Shown one piece after another: positions 58,784 through 64,000 of a stretch of DNA of 64,000 bases. Within the stretch, counting starts at the first letter, position 1. Each line of letters starts with the position of its first letter. The position numbers and the translations under genes are program-made. The stretch is from NCBI GenBank assembly GCA_963837955.1, contig CAWIPH010000002.1:3104001-3168000 (forward strand), written 5' to 3'. This DNA is from an uncultured Verrucomicrobiae bacterium. Lineage in GTDB: Bacteria; Verrucomicrobiota; Verrucomicrobiia; Chthoniobacterales; JAFAMB01. Under the pieces are notes generated by a model, which was not told the origin of the DNA, searched no databases, and saw nothing but the letters and a program-made list of their open reading frames with translations.

Positions 58784-60958
58784 ATGGTCGCTCGCTTCAA
58801 TTTGTTGCTCTCCTTCTTGTTCGTAGCACCCCTGGCCTGGGCGGACCAAGCCAGCGAATCCGACCAATATCTTCGGCGGTTAACGGAGACCCAAAACTTT
58901 TCGCTCGGACGGCCTACCCACGCCGAGCCGACGGCCGACGGGAAGTCGGTGATTTTTCTACGCGCAATCTCAGCCCAAGATCGAACGAACGCGTTATACG
59001 AATTTGACGGAGCGACCCATGAGACAAAAACTTTGGTGACACCGGATGAGTTGTTACACGGTGCTACCGAGCATCTCTCTGCTGAAGAAAAGGCGCGACG
59101 TGAGCGCACTCGCACGACTACCAGGGGCATCGTCGCGTTTAAGCTTTCCCGCGATGGTTCGCAGGTTCTGTTCAATCTGAATGGACAAATCTTCGTGCTA
59201 AACCGCGCCGACGGAAAAGCGACGCAGTTGCAAACCGGGGAAGGCTCAGCCATAGATCCGACTTTTTCGCCGGACGGCCAACGCGTGGCTTACGTGCGCA
59301 ACAACAATCTCTTTGTTTACGATCTCCGCTCGAACCAAGAACAAGCCATCACCAAAGATGGTACCGAATTAAAATCGTATGGGATCGCCGAGTTTGTCGC
59401 CCAAGAGGAGATGGATCGAACGAGCGGGTTTTGGTGGCTACCCGACAGCAGCTCCATCGTTTACCAGGTCAATGACAATTCACAGGTCGAGATCTGGAAC
59501 ATCGCGGATCCAGCGTTTCCAGAGAATCCCCCTTTTCCTAGCCGTTACCCACGTCCAGGAAAAGCGAATGTGTCGGTCCGGCTAGCGCTCTGTTCTGTCG
59601 AACAACCCGAGGTGGTCCGGTCGATCGAATGGGACCACGACAAATATCCGTACTTGGTGCGGGTCACCGCCTCCGAGGATGGCCCGTTAACCATCACCGT
59701 CGAGACACGAGAACAACATGATTTGGCTCTTCTGTCGGTCGACCTGTCGAACGGTCAAACGCATCCACTGGTGGAGGAACATGATCCGGCCTGGGTAAAT
59801 ATCGACCAGCAGATGCCACACTGGTTGCCAGGAGGAACATTCCTCTGGACCACCGAACGCGGAGGAGCCTGGCAGCTGGAGTTGCGCCGGCCAGACGGTC
59901 AGCTGGAAAAGGTTCTACTTCCCCCGAGTGCCCATTATTGGCGCCTCGGCGGTGTTACTTCCGATCAAATTTTCTATTTGGCCGATGAAGATCCCACCAC
60001 CCGCGAGCTTTGGCAGATCGCAATAGACGGAACGCGAGCGCGTAAAGTCTCAGGCGGTGTACATGAGGTCGAATTTGGAGAACATCCGAATTCTCTGTAC
60101 CTAGACATCGTCGCGACACCCAACTCTTTGCCAAAGACGTTCGTGCGGCAGGTTGACGGATCGACACTAGGCGAGCTACCGAGCGGCGCCGAGGATCCAC
60201 CTTACTTTCCTCGGATCGAGTTTACTCAAGTAAATAGCGATCCCATTTTTTACGCTGTTCTAATTCGTCCCCGCGACTTCGACCCAAACAAGAAATATCC
60301 GGTCATAGTCGACGTTTACGGTGGACCTGGTTTCAACCGGGTAGTCCAATCGGCCCGGAACTACCTCATGGATCAATGGCTCGCGGACCAGGGCTTTATT
60401 GTGGTCTCGATGGATGGACGCGGAACTCCCGGTCGCGGCCGAGATTGGGAACGCGCCATCTATCTGAAGCTAGGAGAAATCCCGCTGGCAGATCAAGTGA
60501 CGGCATTACGCTCACTCGGCTCGATTTATCCGGAGCTGGACTTGGATCGGGTCGGGATTTCCGGCTGGTCCTTTGGTGGATATATGTCGGTGCTAGCGGT
60601 ACTGCGGCAACCGGGCGTATTCAAAGCCGCCGTCGCCGGCGCTCCTGTGACCGATTGGCTCGATTATGACACCCATTACACTGAGCGATATCTTGGTCTG
60701 CCGGGGCAAGAAATCTATACGGCAGCTTCTCTACTCGAAGACGCCCCCCGCCTGCACAATCCGTTGCTCCTGATTCACGGAACTGCCGACGATAATGTCT
60801 ACTTGCGCCACAGCCTGAAATTGATAGACCAGCTCGAACGCGGCGGGCGCTCCTTCGAGTTTCTCCCGCTCCGCGGTTCGACCCATATGGTACCCGATCC
60901 GGCTTTGCGTCAACAGGTAGAAAAGCGCACTGTGACCTTTTTCCGCCAACACTTGTGA
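58784..60958 (+). CDS. Dipeptidyl peptidase IV-like S9B peptidase
   Basis: Signal peptide, AQEEM, YGGP, GWSFGG, HGTADDNV, THM. Confidence 0.92.
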   Translation: MVARFNLLLSFLFVAPLAWADQASESDQYLRRLTETQNFSLGRPTHAEPTADGKSVIFLRAISAQDRTNALYEFDGATHETKTLVTPDELLHGATEHLSAEEKARRERTRTTTRGIVAFKLSRDGSQVLFNLNGQIFVLNRADGKATQLQTGEGSAIDPTFSPDGQRVAYVRNNNLFVYDLRSNQEQAITKDGTELKSYGIAEFVAQEEMDRTSGFWWLPDSSSIVYQVNDNSQVEIWNIADPAFPENPPFPSRYPRPGKANVSVRLALCSVEQPEVVRSIEWDHDKYPYLVRVTASEDGPLTITVETREQHDLALLSVDLSNGQTHPLVEEHDPAWVNIDQQMPHWLPGGTFLWTTERGGAWQLELRRPDGQLEKVLLPPSAHYWRLGGVTSDQIFYLADEDPTTRELWQIAIDGTRARKVSGGVHEVEFGEHPNSLYLDIVATPNSLPKTFVRQVDGSTLGELPSGAEDPPYFPRIEFTQVNSDPIFYAVLIRPRDFDPNKKYPVIVDVYGGPGFNRVVQSARNYLMDQWLADQGFIVVSMDGRGTPGRGRDWERAIYLKLGEIPLADQVTALRSLGSIYPELDLDRVGISGWSFGGYMSVLAVLRQPGVFKAAVAGAPVTDWLDYDTHYTERYLGLPGQEIYTAASLLEDAPRLHNPLLLIHGTADDNVYLRHSLKLIDQLERGGRSFEFLPLRGSTHMVPDPALRQQVEKRTVTFFRQHL

Positions 60959-61146
60959 TTAAGTTAGACTTGGCATTCCGGTCGCGACGCGCCCCTCAAA
61001 CGCCGTGTCCACTTCCCACGAAAAACCGATCAAGAAGACAGGCATCGCTAATACTGGACTCTTACGCGTTTTTCCGCCAACACTTGATCAGGTTAGGCGC
61101 GGCGAGTGCTTCAGCCGTGAGCTGTTTCCGAACCGAATAGATATTT

Positions 61147-61389
61147 ATGAAAGAGTCTAGACAACATACATTTACAGATTTTCTTTTTGAGCTGCTCATC
61201 TATGCCGCCCTGGTCGTAGTCTACCTGTCTTTGGTCTTTCATTTCCTGGGCGACTGGCTCACGGCAGTCTTCAACGAAAATCGAGTCCTATACGCGGGTC
61301 TTGGTCTAGTCTTTATGCTTATTCAGGCATTCGCTCTGGAGCGCTTGACGACCGGCCTTCTCCTCACCGTTCGCCGCCGCCAGAAATAG
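61147..61389 (+). CDS. Small two-TM membrane protein
   Basis: Two hydrophobic helices; ends 2 nt before the TauE gene. Confidence 0.6.
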   Translation: MKESRQHTFTDFLFELLIYAALVVVYLSLVFHFLGDWLTAVFNENRVLYAGLGLVFMLIQAFALERLTTGLLLTVRRRQK

Positions 61390-61391
61390 CA

Positions 61392-62300
61392 ATGTATTTT
61401 CCTATATCGGGCGTTCATCTCGACCCGCTGACTCTGATCGTACTAGGCTTCGTCATTGGTATACTCGGCGGGTTCTTTGGTGTTGGGGGAAGCTTTCTGG
61501 CGGGACCAGCTCTCTTTGCCCTCGGCGTTCCGTTTAATTTTGTGATCGGAACGGATCTTCTCCACATTATGGGGAAGTCAGTGGTTGCTGCTCGAGAACA
61601 TCGCGCGCTCGGGAACATTGACCTTAAATTGGCAGCGATCATGGTCATTGGGACGATCGCCGGATCCGAAACCGGCGTGCAAGCGATCGAGTATCTGAAA
61701 AAGAGCTCTCAGCTGAACCTGGTAGTTGGCACCGTGTCCATCGTCGTCTTTTCCCTGCTGGGTATCCTTTGCGGCGTGGAAGCATGGAGGGCTATACAGC
61801 TCCATCGAAATCCGACCCGAGGCAACGACCCGAAACAGGATGTTCTGGCCTTCGGCTTTTTAGCGCGCGCCATGAAAAGAATCCAGTTGCCTCCGTTTGT
61901 TAATTTGAAACGGTCCGGGATCCAATCTATTTCGATCTGGTCGATCGTCCTAGTCTCCTTGATTGGTGGTCTATTCAGTGGATTCTTGGGAGGAGGCGCT
62001 GGTTACATTCGGATGCCGTCCATGGTTTATCTGCTCGGGATTCCAACGCACATTGCTGTCGGCACTGATCTCTTCGAAATCATCGTTTCCGCCGGATATG
62101 GCGCCACCAGGCACGCTATGAATGGTAACGTGGACATTCTCATTGCTCTGGTCATGCAAACCGGTGCGGCGATCGGAGCACAGACGGGCGCAAACCTTAC
62201 CCAATACTTTAGTGGTCCTCGAATCCGCTTGGCGTTTGCGCCGCTACCGATAATCGGAGCGATTCTAGTCGCCCAAAAACTGCTGAGTGGCGGAAGGTAA
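61392..62300 (+). CDS. Sulfite exporter TauE/SafE family
   Basis: GFFGVGGSFL, GTDL repeated, SGFLGGGAG. Confidence 0.88.
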   Translation: MYFPISGVHLDPLTLIVLGFVIGILGGFFGVGGSFLAGPALFALGVPFNFVIGTDLLHIMGKSVVAAREHRALGNIDLKLAAIMVIGTIAGSETGVQAIEYLKKSSQLNLVVGTVSIVVFSLLGILCGVEAWRAIQLHRNPTRGNDPKQDVLAFGFLARAMKRIQLPPFVNLKRSGIQSISIWSIVLVSLIGGLFSGFLGGGAGYIRMPSMVYLLGIPTHIAVGTDLFEIIVSAGYGATRHAMNGNVDILIALVMQTGAAIGAQTGANLTQYFSGPRIRLAFAPLPIIGAILVAQKLLSGGR

Positions 62301-62309
62301 AGCCCGCAC

Positions 62310-64000
62310 TCAGCGTTTATGATGGTGCCGATGGTACCGATGGTGCCGAGGAGTATTGGTCGGACTCTCCGACGCGGTTTCGTCCGGCGAAGGCGAAGCT
62401 GCCGCGGCCGGCGATGGGCTCATCGATGGCTCTGGAGCCGAAGGTGAAGGCGAAGCTATCAGGGCCGGTGACGGCTTCACCGATGGCTCCACAGGCGAAG
62501 GTGTTGCGTTCGGTTGGGGCGTTGGGGTGACGAAAGGTTTGGTTAGCGTCGGAGTCGGAGTCTCCGCAGGGATCGGTGTTGGGGTCGCCAAGGCCGGAGC
62601 TTTCTCCACCGCCGATGGAGTACCGATCGCCGGAGGAAGAGCATTCGAAGTCGGCGTAGGGGATGGAGCGGCAGAGATCGGATGCGTCGTACTAAAAAAG
62701 CTTCGGTTGATCAAATTGATCGAGAGAAAAACGACAAAACAGCCGCCGATCAACGTCCCAAGAACCGTGCCCCATCTGAGATTTGTCTTCCCGCGAATCT
62801 TCACCGGATCGGTTGGCCCGGACCCGGAAGTTAAATCGGGAGCTCGTCGATTGTTAGCCGGGGGAGGAACGGCGGCCGGAGGGGGAAGCGGCGCATTCGG
62901 CTGGGCCGCACCACGAGAACGCTTTTCATCTGGAGAAGGAGGCGAGCCTGTGCGTCCAGTTTTCCCTTTCGAGCTGCTTTTTGACTCGGTAGGCGCCGAA
63001 GGTTCTGCCGGCGGCACAACCACCGAGATTCTGGATCCCTCGGCGGAGGTTCCCTTGTCTCGTACCGGCTCGGAAGGTTCCCGGTCTGTATCATTGCCTT
63101 TCCGCCGGTCGACCACCGCATGAACGCCAGGCAAAAGATAGAAGTGAAGCCGACGCAACGGTTCTGGCGCCTCGGGCATAGGGATTTCCCAGTAAGCGGG
63201 ACGGACGAAGGCTTCCCGTTGCAGGGCGATCGCGTGGCGCCATTCCTTTTCAACCTGAACGGACTGCGCTGAATTGCGCGACCAAAAAAGCTGGAAGATG
63301 TCGGCGTCTGTAATCATCGCGATCAGCCGTTCATCCCAACGCTGACCGCTCCGCAATTGAACGACGTCTCGCAGATATTCGTAGCCAATCGCTCGAATAT
63401 GCTTCTCCATCGCTTCAACGACTTCGACATCCTGATGCGAATAAGACGCGAAGATCTTTCGAAACGGTTTGGCAACATCCTTTCCCCAGTTTTCCTCCTT
63501 GGTTGTCGGAATCGGCGCTGGGTCCTCCCCTACGCGCAAGTTCAATGCAATCTCGGCCAAAAGCAGGTGACCGAAAAAAATGGATAATCGACCCCGAATT
63601 AATTTTCCGGCCAGGGCAAATGGCGCACGCATGAAGAAACTCTCTTCATGCACCCGCACGCCGGACGCCCAAAAGAAGCTGCGGCGAGGTGGATTAAACT
63701 GGATACCTGGAACTTCAGGTACCAAGGTGATTTCGCTTTCCCGAGCAATCGGAAACCGACTTTCACCGACGACATCGCGATAGTCATCGTATTCGGCACC
63801 AAGAATCTGACGGGCCCTGGTTTCAACCTCTTCAAATGCGGAAACATGCTTTGGATCCCGCGGTTCCAATTCGTCATCCAGGTGCATGAAAACGATCATG
63901 CGACGCCACTGCTCGGGACGCATAACCGCCGGACGATACGCGGTGAACTTCACGTTCTCGTCAAGCGGAGAGGCTCTGCTCGCCTCCAGACCAGGTGGAA
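62310..64000 (-). CDS. Membrane-anchored TIR-domain protein (5' part outside window)
   Basis: IFASYSHQD, LRSGQRW, FQLFWS, VEKEW; one TM; Pro/Thr/Ser-rich tail; frame stays open to the window edge. Confidence 0.82.
   Translation of the reverse strand, partial: PPGLEASRASPLDENVKFTAYRPAVMRPEQWRRMIVFMHLDDELEPRDPKHVSAFEEVETRARQILGAEYDDYRDVVGESRFPIARESEITLVPEVPGIQFNPPRRSFFWASGVRVHEESFFMRAPFALAGKLIRGRLSIFFGHLLLAEIALNLRVGEDPAPIPTTKEENWGKDVAKPFRKIFASYSHQDVEVVEAMEKHIRAIGYEYLRDVVQLRSGQRWDERLIAMITDADIFQLFWSRNSAQSVQVEKEWRHAIALQREAFVRPAYWEIPMPEAPEPLRRLHFYLLPGVHAVVDRRKGNDTDREPSEPVRDKGTSAEGSRISVVVPPAEPSAPTESKSSSKGKTGRTGSPPSPDEKRSRGAAQPNAPLPPPAAVPPPANNRRAPDLTSGSGPTDPVKIRGKTNLRWGTVLGTLIGGCFVVFLSINLINRSFFSTTHPISAAPSPTPTSNALPPAIGTPSAVEKAPALATPTPIPAETPTPTLTKPFVTPTPQPNATPSPVEPSVKPSPALIASPSPSAPEPSMSPSPAAAASPSPDETASESPTNTPRHHRYHRHHHKR

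Noticed and set aside
62356..63123. 255-aa Gly/Val-rich plus-strand ORF
   Set aside because: Antisense of the Pro/Thr-rich part of the TIR gene.

Overview
A gene-dense bacterial window. Gene content and intergenic repeat style suggest a soil Verrucomicrobiota (Chthoniobacterales-like) genome; this is inference. The left ~37 kb is an accessory, metal/oxyanion-themed region. It holds a CadD transporter; an orphan module of a non-canonical acyl-CoA dehydrogenase, a signal-less PhnD-fold protein and a TusA-radical SAM fusion; and a DUF2064/GT87/epimerase/GT2 glycosylation operon. It also holds a Cus-type RND efflux system with ECF sigma, anti-sigma and periplasmic sensor, an IS481 element, and a split chromate locus (chrBA plus DUF1259-ChrB_C-YncE) whose parts share a palindromic operator. 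The right part is mostly core-like: amino acid permease, PspA and an AAA ATPase, lipid-modifying genes, a sigma54-type purine permease-adenine deaminase unit, pdxH-ogg-comB-tonB-exbBD-def, DPP IV, TauE, and a membrane-anchored TIR protein cut by the window edge. Many intergenic regions carry long, nested palindromic REP/MITE-like elements. Two genes have single-base frameshifts and one looks like an in-frame fusion; these may be assembly indels. No rRNA, tRNA or CRISPR array was found.
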